This document shows, in pieces, positions 38,329 to 48,271 of a stretch of 64,000 nt of DNA. Position numbers and translations under genes: made by a program. The notes under the pieces are model-generated. The model made no database searches and was not told the DNA's origin. It saw only the letters and a program-made list of their open reading frames with translations. The DNA is taken from IMG/VR virus record IMGVR_UViG_3300027754_000085, positions 989 through 64,988 of that record. One strand, 5' to 3'. This DNA comes from a virus (Duplodnaviria > Caudoviricetes). Within the stretch, counting starts at the first letter, position 1; the number at the start of each line of letters is the position of its first letter.

Positions 38329-38976
38329 ATGCCTATAACAAAACCAACAGTAGATGCTTCTGCTTACCTTGATGAGGATGGCGAAGACACAACACCTAAA
38401 GTCGGCACCACAGTTCAAGAGGGCTGGGATGCATTTGACTCAATTGTAAAGTCAGAAACTTCAGAGTTTCCGACTGACTTTCGCTTCTCTGAAGAACCGC
38501 AACTTGTTAAGTTCTTAGATGACGCACCATTTGCATCTTACGAACAACACTGGATTGATCGCCCAAAGGGCAAGAAGTCTTTTGTTTGTATCGGTGATGC
38601 TTGCCCACTTTGCGACGTTCTAGGGGACAAGCCTCGTGGCAAATTTGCATTCAACATTGTTGTATTAACTGGGGACACTCAGGGAGTACAAATCTTGACA
38701 GCGCCACCATCATTGGCCCGTCAAATTAAAAAGGCTCATGAAGATGAGCGTAAAGGACCTCTATCAAAAGAGTTCTGGGAAATTTCTCGGTTAGGAATGG
38801 GACCAACAACGCAGTATACCCTTAACTTCGTTCGTGGTCGTGACCTGGCAGAGGAATGGAAGTTGAATCTCGATGAGGTTCAAGGGCTTGTAGCAGCCGC
38901 TGTACCGTTCACAGCAGAAGTTATTCGTGAGACCCCTCGCTCCGAAATGCTTGAGGTTGCTCGCTCTGTAGCGTAA
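38329..38976 (+). CDS. ssDNA-binding protein (gp32-like, Zn-binding)
   Basis: QHW...C..D.CPLC; position upstream of the polymerase. Confidence 0.65.
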   Translation: MPITKPTVDASAYLDEDGEDTTPKVGTTVQEGWDAFDSIVKSETSEFPTDFRFSEEPQLVKFLDDAPFASYEQHWIDRPKGKKSFVCIGDACPLCDVLGDKPRGKFAFNIVVLTGDTQGVQILTAPPSLARQIKKAHEDERKGPLSKEFWEISRLGMGPTTQYTLNFVRGRDLAEEWKLNLDEVQGLVAAAVPFTAEVIRETPRSEMLEVARSVA

Positions 38977-38989
38977 GCACACTTCCAAA

Positions 38990-39030
38990 GAAAGGGGGCC
39001 TGCTTACTTCCGTTTCCAGGTTCCCTTTCA
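38990..39030 (+). terminator. Hairpin/terminator after SSB
   Basis: GAAAGGGGGCCTG...CAGGTTCCCTTTC. Confidence 0.5.
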
Positions 39031-39047
39031 TTAACTTTGAGGGATAT

Positions 39048-41051
39048 ATGAATATTATTACAACCAAAGAAGAGTTAAAAGATCTTGTTGAGTTTTACTC
39101 CAAGGTAGATGCATTTGCTTTTGACGTTGAAACGGTTGGCGAAAACCGAATTCAACCTGTAGTTAACGACGTTATGTGGATATCACTAGCAACTGAGGGA
39201 CGCACAGATGTAATACCAATGGGACACCCAAACGGAGAGTTCTTAAATTGGGATAAAGAACTGCTACTTAGTGGACAACGTAAAGTTACTGCTGGAAAAG
39301 ATTTAAGAGACACCGACTATTCTAAAAACGAAGCAAAATGGAAACCCATATTTGACGCACCACCAGAACAACTTCTTCCAGGGGATGTGTTCAAGGCATT
39401 AAAACCTTTATTCTTTAGCAACAAACTAAAAATTGGTCACAACGTTAAGTTTGATCTTAAATCAATTGCTAAGTATTACCGTGGAGTAGTTCCTCAAAAG
39501 CCATTCTTTGACACAATGATGGCTTCTTTTGTTATTGATAACCGCAGTAGAAACAGTTTAGGACTTGCCGCTTGCGCTGAAAGAGAGTTAAAGATTAAGG
39601 TTGAAAAGGGAATTGGAGCAATGGTTGAAGTTCACTCATTTAGTGACGTTGCTCATTACTCTGGGTTTGACTCTGAAGTAACTTGGAAACTTTATAAGAT
39701 TCTTGATCCACAACTCAAAGGAGACTTAAAAAGAGTTTGGGCTTTAGAAATGGATGTTGTTGGAGCACTCTGTGACATGGAACTTGCTGGAGCCAACATA
39801 GATGTAGAAGAATTAAAGAGGTTAAAAAACAGAATTGAAAAAGACATTGACAATGCAAAAGCCAGAGCATGGAAATTAACTGGTAAACCATTCTCTATGA
39901 ACTCTATAAAAGAAAAACAAGAGTTACTATTTTCTACTAAAGAAGAAGGTGGACGTGGAATTAAACCTAACCTTCGGGTAAGGGTTGCTCTTACTGCAAA
40001 GGGGCAGACTATTGCTGCATCTGATCCATCTGCTTTAACTATAAATCAATACTCGGTTTCATCAGACGCTCTAGAGTTCTACAGAACAAAAGATGAACTA
40101 GTAGATGCAATATTGGATTATCAAGATTTAAACAAGTTAATGACTACATACGTTATGCCTTACCTTGGTGGAGAGATTACTAGAACAACTATGGGTAAAG
40201 AAAAAATTGTTGATAAGAAGAGCCTTATGATCAATGGTCGAGTTCACACTAACTTTAAATCCCATGGTGCAGAGACAGGAAGATTCTCTAGCAGTGATCC
40301 AAACCTACAGAACATTCCTAGCAGTGGAGAGTACGGAAAATTAATTCGTAATCTTTTTGTTGCCCCTCCTGGATACAAACTTGTAGTTGCTGACTACTCA
40401 CAAATTGAGCCAAGAATTATTGCGGCATTCTCTAACGACCCAATTATGGTGCAGAACTATAAAGAAGGAGGAGATATCTACACAACAATTGGTAAGACAA
40501 TGGGAGTAGATCGTAAAGCAGGAAAGGTTCTCGTTTTATCTATTGCCTATGGTGTTGGACCAGAAAAGATTGCTCAAAGTATTGGGTGCACAGTAAGAGA
40601 TGCCAAAGATCTTTTGAATAGATTTACTGAACAGTTTAGTGACATCTCTAAGTATCGAGCCAAGGTGATTCGTCAGGCAAGTTTAAGACCGCCTACTCCC
40701 TATGTCTCTACCCTTTTAGGTCGTCGCAGGTACATCCCAGACTTAAAGAGCAGAGAAATAGGGTTGAGATCAAGAGCAGAAAGACAGGCATTTAATACAG
40801 TTATTCAAGGTTCTGCAGCAGATTTAATGAAATTAGCAATGGTGAGAGCACACTCTTGTTTTGTGGATGAACCAGATGTGAATGTCGTTTTGACTGTACA
40901 CGATGAACTTGTTACCGTTGCTCGTGAAGATCTAGCAGAAGAGACTGCCGAAGCAATTCGGGAATCAATGGAAGGTATTTTCTTTCCAGAGATTACAGTT
41001 CCACTTATTGCAGATGTAAAGATAGTTAACAAGTGGGGAGAAGCAAAATGA
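39048..41051 (+). CDS. polA: DNA polymerase family A (3'-5' exonuclease plus polymerase)
   Basis: FDVET, HNVKFD, TGRFSSSDPNLQNIP, ADYSQIE, QGSAAD and VHDEL motifs. Confidence 0.95.
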   Translation: MNIITTKEELKDLVEFYSKVDAFAFDVETVGENRIQPVVNDVMWISLATEGRTDVIPMGHPNGEFLNWDKELLLSGQRKVTAGKDLRDTDYSKNEAKWKPIFDAPPEQLLPGDVFKALKPLFFSNKLKIGHNVKFDLKSIAKYYRGVVPQKPFFDTMMASFVIDNRSRNSLGLAACAERELKIKVEKGIGAMVEVHSFSDVAHYSGFDSEVTWKLYKILDPQLKGDLKRVWALEMDVVGALCDMELAGANIDVEELKRLKNRIEKDIDNAKARAWKLTGKPFSMNSIKEKQELLFSTKEEGGRGIKPNLRVRVALTAKGQTIAASDPSALTINQYSVSSDALEFYRTKDELVDAILDYQDLNKLMTTYVMPYLGGEITRTTMGKEKIVDKKSLMINGRVHTNFKSHGAETGRFSSSDPNLQNIPSSGEYGKLIRNLFVAPPGYKLVVADYSQIEPRIIAAFSNDPIMVQNYKEGGDIYTTIGKTMGVDRKAGKVLVLSIAYGVGPEKIAQSIGCTVRDAKDLLNRFTEQFSDISKYRAKVIRQASLRPPTPYVSTLLGRRRYIPDLKSREIGLRSRAERQAFNTVIQGSAADLMKLAMVRAHSCFVDEPDVNVVLTVHDELVTVAREDLAEETAEAIRESMEGIFFPEITVPLIADVKIVNKWGEAK

Positions 41052-41428
41052 GTAATGCAGACTGGTGGGCTAAACAACTAGGTGGACAACCTGCAGCACC
41101 AGTTGCACGTCCTACAGATATCCCAATGCCACCATCACAACAACCAATGGCAAGATTTGCACCGACACCAATGCGAGAAGAACAGACAAAAGCGCAGAGT
41201 GCAAAACAGACTCAAGTTTGTCCAGATTGCGGTTCTGGAAATTATATGGCACCCGCACAAAACATAGGATTAAGATGTTATGACTGCGGGTACCCACTAC
41301 AACAATCGGGAAGTAAATTTGGCTCTTTAACTGGAGCAAAAGTTGAAGGAGCAGTAAAGCCGTCAACAGGAAATGATGTTCAAAGTAATTGGAATCCACA
41401 AGGTATTATTGGGAGAGTAGACGGATGA
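41048..41428 (+). CDS. Zn-ribbon protein
   Basis: CPDCGS...CYDCGY. Confidence 0.6.
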   Translation: MSNADWWAKQLGGQPAAPVARPTDIPMPPSQQPMARFAPTPMREEQTKAQSAKQTQVCPDCGSGNYMAPAQNIGLRCYDCGYPLQQSGSKFGSLTGAKVEGAVKPSTGNDVQSNWNPQGIIGRVDG

Positions 41429-42471
41429 ATGATGAAGCAAAAAAAATCATTGCGTTACTTAACAAAAAGTTCGGTGAAAACGTTGTCGTACTCGCTTCTG
41501 ATATTCGTTCCGATCTTATTCCTCGTATTACCTCTGGCTCTACTACATTGGATTACGTCCTTGGAGGAGGATTTCCTGGAAACCAATGGAATGAATTAAT
41601 CGGTGAACCATCACATGGTAAGACCGCTTTAGCGTTAAAGACCATAGCAGCAAATCAAAGATTAAGTCCAGAACACACAACTGTGTGGGTGGCTGCAGAG
41701 CAGTGGGTACCCGAATATGCCGCTATGTGTGGTGTAGACACTAGTCGGGTAATTGTTATTGAGACCAGTATTATGGAAGAGGCTTATCAAGCCGTAATTC
41801 AATTTGCAGAATCTAAGTCTGTAGATGCAATTGTTATTGACTCCTTACCAGCCCTTTCCCCTGCTCCTGAAATGGAGAAGGATATGAGTGAGATGACTGT
41901 TGGTCGTGGAGCACTGTTAACAAATAAATTTTTTCGTGTAGTAGGTACTGCAATGAAGCGCAGCCTTGTAGAAGATGAGCGTCCAGTACTTGGGTTAATT
42001 ATTAATCAATATCGAATGAAGATCGGTGTTATGCACGGAGATCCACGAACAACTCCTGGAGGAGAAGGAAAGAACTACGCCTTCTTTACTCGTTGTGAAG
42101 TTCGTCGTGATGAGTGGATAGAGATTGGTTCTGGAACTAACAAGGTCCGTGTAGGACAAAGAATTAAAGTTAGAACCCTAAAGAATAAAACAGCACCACC
42201 GCAACGTGTTGCTTACTTTGACTTTTACTTTGCTGATGGTGGGGATTGCCCTGCTGGTGAGTTTGACTTTGCAAAAGAAGTTGCATCCCTTGCAGTTGTT
42301 AAGGGCATTATTGATCGCAAAGGTGGTTGGTACTATCACGGAGAAAGAAAGTGGCAGGGCATTGAACCAGTCATTGCCAGTATTCGTGAAGAAGTAGACT
42401 TAAAAGAAGCGCTAGAAAAAGAAGTGTTTAGTACAACAGACATGCCAATGGCGGGAGATAACGATGAGTAA
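41425..42471 (+). CDS. recA: RecA/UvsX-like recombinase
   Basis: GEPSHGKT, IVIDS, INQYR, TPGG and KNK..PP motifs. Confidence 0.9.
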   Translation: MNDEAKKIIALLNKKFGENVVVLASDIRSDLIPRITSGSTTLDYVLGGGFPGNQWNELIGEPSHGKTALALKTIAANQRLSPEHTTVWVAAEQWVPEYAAMCGVDTSRVIVIETSIMEEAYQAVIQFAESKSVDAIVIDSLPALSPAPEMEKDMSEMTVGRGALLTNKFFRVVGTAMKRSLVEDERPVLGLIINQYRMKIGVMHGDPRTTPGGEGKNYAFFTRCEVRRDEWIEIGSGTNKVRVGQRIKVRTLKNKTAPPQRVAYFDFYFADGGDCPAGEFDFAKEVASLAVVKGIIDRKGGWYYHGERKWQGIEPVIASIREEVDLKEALEKEVFSTTDMPMAGDNDE

Positions 42472-42706
42472 GTCTTTTAACGTAAACGATCAAGCATGGG
42501 CACATGATTTAGAGAAGGGTGTAGAGGCTTACACTGACATGCTCTTTGAAGCAGTGTGGGACGCAAACGATGTTGAGATTGTAGAAACATTGTCTGGGGA
42601 ACCTTTTTGTGGTTGTTCACCGTGTTTTTGGCGTGAAGCCTTGTTTTATATTGTTCCTAAAATTATTGAAGGGTACGAAGAAGGGAAAATAGAACTTGAA
42701 GACTGA
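42464..42706 (+). CDS. Hypothetical protein
   Basis: PFCGCSPC; coupled. Confidence 0.55.
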   Translation: MSKSFNVNDQAWAHDLEKGVEAYTDMLFEAVWDANDVEIVETLSGEPFCGCSPCFWREALFYIVPKIIEGYEEGKIELED

Positions 42707-43013
42707 AGGACAAAAACAGTCTCAGAAGCACGAAAAGAGAATCGCTAAGAAAGTTGGCGGATCTGTTAACGCAGCGTCTGGTGCTTTTTGGTCTAGAAAA
42801 GGAGATGTGAGATCAGTCGACCTACTGATTGAACATAAGTTTACTGGAAAGAAATCTTTCTCAGTAAAATCCGATGTCCTAAAGAAAATAGTAAGAGAGG
42901 CAATACTTGATGGAAGAATGCCAGTACTTGGTATCCATCTTGATGGGGAGAATTACGTGATTCTTCTTGAAGACGACTTCCTGGAAATGCGAGAGAAAAT
43001 CAAGGATGCCTAA
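42696..43013 (+). CDS. PD-(D/E)xK Holliday junction resolvase-like nuclease
   Basis: EKRIAK...SGA...KGD...IEHK. Confidence 0.7.
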   Translation: MKTEGQKQSQKHEKRIAKKVGGSVNAASGAFWSRKGDVRSVDLLIEHKFTGKKSFSVKSDVLKKIVREAILDGRMPVLGIHLDGENYVILLEDDFLEMREKIKDA

Positions 43014-43016
43014 AAT

Positions 43017-43340
43017 ATGGATGAACCAGAATACTCCTGGAGATATGAAGCAAGGTGCTCAGGACAAGACACCGACATCTTCTACCCTCCTCGTGATAAA
43101 GAGCAGTACAAAACAATCGCTACTAAGGCAAAAGCATTCTGTCTTGGTGAGACAGGGAAGAACCCCTGCCCTGTACGCTCCGAATGTTTATGGGATGCAA
43201 TCAAGCGAGATGAGCCACACGGAATCTGGGGTGGGTTAAGCCATAGAGAACGCAATGCACTTATACGTAAGTGGAGTAAAAAGTATAAGAAAAAAATGTC
43301 CCTAAAAGATTTTATATTCAGCATAGAAAAGGAATACTAA
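43017..43340 (+). CDS. whiB: WhiB-family transcription regulator
   Basis: W...ARC...FYP...C...CPVRSEC...GIWGG..ER. Confidence 0.9.
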   Translation: MDEPEYSWRYEARCSGQDTDIFYPPRDKEQYKTIATKAKAFCLGETGKNPCPVRSECLWDAIKRDEPHGIWGGLSHRERNALIRKWSKKYKKKMSLKDFIFSIEKEY

Positions 43341-44186
43341 ATGGCGCAAACAACAGACTTGAAAAAGTTTTTGGACACTAAAAAGGCTGACACAAGACTC
43401 ATAGGTGATATTGAGCGCCACTTAATGCGTAGACCAGAGGGAGACAGAAGCACCTTAGTTCTACACCCATCTGAAATGATAAAGGCTGATTTTTGTCATA
43501 AGTATTCCTATTACTTGTTAACTGGTGGTAAGAAGAAGGGTAACAAACCAGGATTACGACTTCAATCAATCTTTGATGAGGGCCACGCAATTCACCACAA
43601 ATGGCAGAACTGGTTTAGAGAAATGGATGTTTTGTTTGGTGAGTGGAAGTGTTTAGTTTGTAAAGAAATTACTGAAGGCATTTCTATAATGGAATGCGAA
43701 CACTGTGGTTCTAAGGTTCTTAACTACAATGAAGTTACTTTAAAAGATGAGTCTCTTCGTATTTCTGGACATACAGATGGTTGGATCCGTGGCATTGGTG
43801 AAGATTGTTTAATTGAAATAAAATCTATCGGTGCTGGAACTTTGAGGTTTGAAGCACCAGACCTACTGTATGACGCTAACGGAGATGTAACTAAAGCCTG
43901 GAAGAACATTCGTCGCCCATTCCGAGGACATTTACTACAGGGTCAAATGTACCTTGAGTTAGCAAAGAGAATGTTTGGCGATGACGCACCAGATGAGATC
44001 GTATTCTTATACGAATTGAAGGCAGATCAAGACTACAAAGAATTCACTATAAAGGCTGATTATGATGTTGTTAGTCGAATCTTTATTGCTGCAGAAAAGA
44101 TAAATGTAGCAGTTGATGCTGGGGTATCTCCTAAATGCAATGTAAGTCCTGATGGGTGCAAGCAGTGTGACTTGATCGGAGAATGA
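43341..44186 (+). CDS. Cas4-like PD-(D/E)xK exonuclease
   Basis: G..IH, GHTDG, IEIKS, QGQMY and terminal CxxC. Confidence 0.8.
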   Translation: MAQTTDLKKFLDTKKADTRLIGDIERHLMRRPEGDRSTLVLHPSEMIKADFCHKYSYYLLTGGKKKGNKPGLRLQSIFDEGHAIHHKWQNWFREMDVLFGEWKCLVCKEITEGISIMECEHCGSKVLNYNEVTLKDESLRISGHTDGWIRGIGEDCLIEIKSIGAGTLRFEAPDLLYDANGDVTKAWKNIRRPFRGHLLQGQMYLELAKRMFGDDAPDEIVFLYELKADQDYKEFTIKADYDVVSRIFIAAEKINVAVDAGVSPKCNVSPDGCKQCDLIGE

Positions 44187-44644
44187 TGTCTGAGTTAGAC
44201 TTAATTACACAGCAGGGTTTAGACCTACCTAAACCTAAGTATGACCAAGTAACTTTGCCACCAGACATAACTGACTTAAGCAGCGAGCAGTTGGCTGAAA
44301 TGTTCACCATCCTCACTGGGTGGGCTGACTACATGGCCTCACAGTTAGTGCAGGCTCAGTTATCTGAGCGTGCAACAGAACGTGACCTAGATCTCATGAC
44401 CAACCGTTTACTCGTAGAGAAGATGGGTTCTGCCGCTAAAGGAGACAGGATCACGCTCGTTAAGGCTCAGATTTCTGTAGATGAACGTGTTTTGGATTTG
44501 GCTGAAAAGCATGAGAAACGCTACGCTTACCGCAAGATACTAGAGATGATGTTGAACAATCAAGAACGGGACATCACTTTAGTTTCGAGGGAAATAACAA
44601 GAAGGTCAAACGGAACACTACGAAGGGATACGTTTACAGTATGA
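44183..44644 (+). CDS. Helical protein, possible UvsY-like recombination mediator
   Basis: Coiled coil ending SREITRR, next to the nuclease. Confidence 0.4.
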   Translation: MMSELDLITQQGLDLPKPKYDQVTLPPDITDLSSEQLAEMFTILTGWADYMASQLVQAQLSERATERDLDLMTNRLLVEKMGSAAKGDRITLVKAQISVDERVLDLAEKHEKRYAYRKILEMMLNNQERDITLVSREITRRSNGTLRRDTFTV

Positions 44645-45531
44645 AAAAGTTAATTGTAGTAATTGCATTAATTGCAGGTCTAGTAAGTCCTGCACAAGCA
44701 GATGTACCTCCATCAATTGCAATTATTGATAATGGGACACGATCTGCACTATTTCCAAACAACATTTCCTATGAGGTGTGTCTACTTTCATCAGGAAAGT
44801 GCCCAAATGGAAAACCAACTATGGAGGGTGCTGGCGCAGCAAACCTGCCAGCAACAACCAACAAGGATTTTAACCACGGCACGCAGATGATCTCTGTTGC
44901 TTTAAAACAAAATCCAACAGCCAAGGTTATTCCTATCCGTATTGTGGGTATGACTGCTGCGGGTAATCCAAGCATTTACTCATTAGATGATGTACAGAAT
45001 GCATTGAACTGGATTGTTGCTAATAGAACTAAGTACAACATTGCAGTTGTGAGCGTTGCTCAAGGTCGCATTTTTGCTGATTGTAAAGTTCCAGTAGGAA
45101 TGACAGAGAACATTGCAACGCTAAAGGCAGCAAATGTTCCTGTGGTCACTGCTGTAGGTAATGACAGCAATCGAACTTCAGTATTTTCACCTGCATGTAT
45201 TGCAAATGCTGTTTCAGTTGGAGCAACAGATAATCCTTGGCCTGGTGTCCAAGCAATTGAATATGACAAGACAGCGGCCCCATACATTGCTCGTTATAGC
45301 AATGGTGCTCAAGGTCAGACTGACTTCTTTATTAATCCACGATGGATTGCAACCATGCTAGATGGCTCTACTAAGTTCACTTTAGGAACATCAAATGCAA
45401 CTGCAGTCTTTGCTGGTTGGTGGTTACTTAATAGAAAAGCAACCTTTGATGAAACTTACAACTCATTAATGGCAACAACAATTGAAGCCAAGAATGAGTT
45501 CCAAGTTGGAAGATACATTAACCTTCCATGA
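44641..45531 (+). CDS. Secreted S8 subtilisin-like serine protease
   Basis: Signal peptide (AQA); IID.G, HGT, oxyanion GN and GTS catalytic motifs. Confidence 0.85.
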   Translation: MKKLIVVIALIAGLVSPAQADVPPSIAIIDNGTRSALFPNNISYEVCLLSSGKCPNGKPTMEGAGAANLPATTNKDFNHGTQMISVALKQNPTAKVIPIRIVGMTAAGNPSIYSLDDVQNALNWIVANRTKYNIAVVSVAQGRIFADCKVPVGMTENIATLKAANVPVVTAVGNDSNRTSVFSPACIANAVSVGATDNPWPGVQAIEYDKTAAPYIARYSNGAQGQTDFFINPRWIATMLDGSTKFTLGTSNATAVFAGWWLLNRKATFDETYNSLMATTIEAKNEFQVGRYINLP

Positions 45532-46070
45532 TTATTGGTCTATCAGGATACGCACAATCAGGTAAAGATGAAGTTGCCAAGATTCTGGTAGAAGAATTTG
45601 ATTTTGAACGGGTGGCATTCGCAGATGCCATCCGTGATTTACTTTATGCGGCCAACCCAGTTGTTAATGGTTTAGCAAACGACATACAACACGCTGTAGA
45701 TCACCGTGGCTGGGATGAGATAAAGAAAGTACCTGCTGTAAGAGCACTATTACAAAACATTGGTGTTGGCGCACGTGAAGTATTAGACGAAAATGTTTGG
45801 GTAATTGTTGTACTACAAAAACTAGGGGACATCAAACAAAACTATGTAATTACTGATGTGCGTTTTGAAAATGAAGCCATAATGGTGAAGAGCGTTGGTG
45901 GAGTTTTGTGGCGCATCAGTCGCCACGGTGTTAGCGCAGTTAATGAACACATCTCAGAAAATAAATTAGACGGGTATAAATTTGACCAAATTCTAAAGAA
46001 CGAGGGATCTTTAGATGACTTACGAAAACTTGTTCGTAAGAGAATAAACTTTTCCCTCAATGCCAACTAA
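45528..46070 (+). CDS. Deoxynucleoside monophosphate kinase
   Basis: GYAQSGKD, FAD, R.LLQ..G, DVRFENE and HISE motifs. Confidence 0.9.
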   Translation: MIIGLSGYAQSGKDEVAKILVEEFDFERVAFADAIRDLLYAANPVVNGLANDIQHAVDHRGWDEIKKVPAVRALLQNIGVGAREVLDENVWVIVVLQKLGDIKQNYVITDVRFENEAIMVKSVGGVLWRISRHGVSAVNEHISENKLDGYKFDQILKNEGSLDDLRKLVRKRINFSLNAN

Positions 46071-46647
46071 GTTAATAGAAGGCGGATCCATAAAGAAGGA
46101 CTCTGCCGTTGCAGTAGGTATTGATCAATCATTAACTGGATTTGCTATTACCGTTCTTAGTGTGGAAGAACCATCTCACTACCTCACTTGGGTTTATAAG
46201 TCCCCTTACTTTGGTATTGAAAGACTTGCAGATATTAGAGAGTGGCTTATAGACAACTTAAACTACATGGAAGATCACTGGTCTATTACTGACATTGCAA
46301 TGGAGGGCACTGTCTTGATGAGCCACGCCGCATTAGTTCTTGGAGAGTTATCAGCAACAGTACGTCTATCTATCTTTGATTTCTTTGAAGAGGGAGACGA
46401 TCGTAGGTTTCCCCTGAAGGTTCCACCAATGACCTTAAAAAAATACGCTTCTGGTAAAGGTAACTCCAAGAAACAAGAGATGCTCTTGCAGATATACAAG
46501 CGATGGGGAATTGAATTTAATGACGACAATGCTGCAGATTCCTATGCTTTGGCACGATTAATCTCTGGAAACTCCATTACTAAGATGGAAGAGGAAATTG
46601 TGGCGCAAATGAAAGATGCTAAATACAGAGACCAACCACGACTTTAG
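46060..46647 (+). CDS. RuvC-like resolvase
   Basis: GIDQSLTG, AMEG, KKYASGKGN and DNAADS motifs. Confidence 0.8.
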   Translation: MPTKLIEGGSIKKDSAVAVGIDQSLTGFAITVLSVEEPSHYLTWVYKSPYFGIERLADIREWLIDNLNYMEDHWSITDIAMEGTVLMSHAALVLGELSATVRLSIFDFFEEGDDRRFPLKVPPMTLKKYASGKGNSKKQEMLLQIYKRWGIEFNDDNAADSYALARLISGNSITKMEEEIVAQMKDAKYRDQPRL

Positions 46648-46700
46648 CCTTACCATGTAGTCCAGGAGCGGCACACTAATTCGAACCAAAGGACTAATAA

Positions 46701-46991
46701 TTGAATACTACACCTGAACTTCCAAATGAAGAGCCGTTCCTACGAGTTAGCGCATCGTCTAATCCTCAAAGCGTTGCATCCGCAGTTGCTCATGCAATAT
46801 ATGAGAAAAAAGAAGTAAAGATGCGTGCAGTGGGTGCTGGAGCAGTAAACCAAGCAGTAAAGGCCATTGCTATAGCCAGAGGCTATGTAGCCCCTCGTGG
46901 CATGGACCTATCATGTATTCCAGGATTTACCACTATTCAAAGTCGAGATGGCGAAATTTCAGCAATTGTTTTTGCCATTACAGCGCATTAA
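46701..46991 (+). CDS. spoVS: SpoVS-family (Alba-like) protein
   Basis: LRVS.SSNP.SVA...AVGAGAVNQAVKAIAIARG...CIPGF. Confidence 0.9.
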   Translation: MNTTPELPNEEPFLRVSASSNPQSVASAVAHAIYEKKEVKMRAVGAGAVNQAVKAIAIARGYVAPRGMDLSCIPGFTTIQSRDGEISAIVFAITAH

Positions 46992-47027
46992 ATAAGGTTT
47001 ATCCTTAGAACAAATTAAGGAGTCACA

Positions 47028-47441
47028 ATGGCAACTTGGGCAAGTATGGGACACGCTATGCGACGTCGTATGGGCGTTCCCTCAAACCACCTAGAATCGG
47101 CAGGTAAAGGAATGAATAATCCAACCCCAGAACAGATCATTGCTACTGGTGCAAGAGCGTACATGGGATCAGACGCTAATACATTTAACAATGTAAGCGG
47201 CGCTCCTTCTGTTGGCACATTAATGCCAAAGAAAAATACACAAGCAGCAGAACCAAATTACGGTACAAAAGCAAACCGTCAAAACATTGAACGCAAAGGT
47301 GCTCAATACAGAATCACTGCAAAGATGCCAGCACCAGTTAATATCGAAGCATCTGCAACAATGATGAATGCACGTATCGTTCCTTCAGTCAGTGGAAAGC
47401 AATCACCTAACTTTGCTGCTGGAATGGAAGGCACTTACTAA
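47028..47441 (+). CDS. Hypothetical low-complexity protein
   Basis: AAGGAG SD after the TATCCT element. Confidence 0.55.
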   Translation: MATWASMGHAMRRRMGVPSNHLESAGKGMNNPTPEQIIATGARAYMGSDANTFNNVSGAPSVGTLMPKKNTQAAEPNYGTKANRQNIERKGAQYRITAKMPAPVNIEASATMMNARIVPSVSGKQSPNFAAGMEGTY

Positions 47442-47442
47442 C

Positions 47443-47679
47443 ATGCCTTTATCGTCATCCCAATTTGGTGGAGGCGATACACCATCACCCAGTATTCCGA
47501 TGGCGTTAAGCGCATCTACCACAGGGTCTATTGCACAACAGACTGCTTGGCGTACCCCTCGTAGAGATTCGGCTCCTTTGTCGTACTCTAAACGAAACGC
47601 TGGTACCACATACAAGTGGGATGATGACAAACTGCCACAAATGCCTGGCTCTGATAGGGGCGCAGGAAGCAATGGCTAA
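47443..47679 (+). CDS. Hypothetical protein
   Basis: Start re-placed at ATG 47443; begins LSSSQF, like LSSAQF in the next gene. Confidence 0.5.
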   Translation: MPLSSSQFGGGDTPSPSIPMALSASTTGSIAQQTAWRTPRRDSAPLSYSKRNAGTTYKWDDDKLPQMPGSDRGAGSNG

Positions 47680-48271
47680 CACATTAAGTAGTGCACAATT
47701 TGCTGAACACGTAAACCAAGGTGGAGCAAGTCGTAGTTTTAAAACTGGAGAAGTTCCAGAAAGTCCTGGAGTTATGGTATCTATTCCTGGACCAGAACGC
47801 ATTAGTTCAACTCCTTACACCGTTAAAAAGGCAGATGAGTTTAAGAAGTTACACGCTCACACAGTTGATAGCAATGCTTATCAAGGTGGTTGGAAAGTTG
47901 GAAATAAAGTATACGAAGATGTAAGTATGAAACAACCTACACTTGATTCTGCACGTAAAGCAGGAGAAGAAGGAAAACAAATTTCAGGTTATGATTTAGG
48001 TAAGACAGATATTCGTCGCCCAGAGGGTGGGTTGATTTACTTTGGTCGTAACGTTCCTGGTATTGAATCTAATTCAGATTTTCGTTCTGGCCCAGCAACA
48101 ACAAGCGAATCAGAGCGTATGGAACCAAAGCCAAGGGCTCAAGAGTTTGCAGATCAGGCACACATTAGTCGTGATGCAACACGTATGAACAGATCAGGAA
48201 ATGTTGTTCCTGTTTCAGTTAATGAAGTGTACGCAAAGATTGCAAAGAACCGTAGAAATAGAGGCGTCTAA
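47672..48271 (+). CDS. Hypothetical protein with GGW...DVS...Q motif
   Basis: Start re-placed at ATG 47672 (8-nt overlap). Confidence 0.55.
   Translation: MANTLSSAQFAEHVNQGGASRSFKTGEVPESPGVMVSIPGPERISSTPYTVKKADEFKKLHAHTVDSNAYQGGWKVGNKVYEDVSMKQPTLDSARKAGEEGKQISGYDLGKTDIRRPEGGLIYFGRNVPGIESNSDFRSGPATTSESERMEPKPRAQEFADQAHISRDATRMNRSGNVVPVSVNEVYAKIAKNRRNRGV

Noticed and set aside
43341-44186. Cas4-like gene as evidence of CRISPR-Cas
   Set aside because: No array or other cas genes; solo Cas4-like nucleases are common in phage recombination modules
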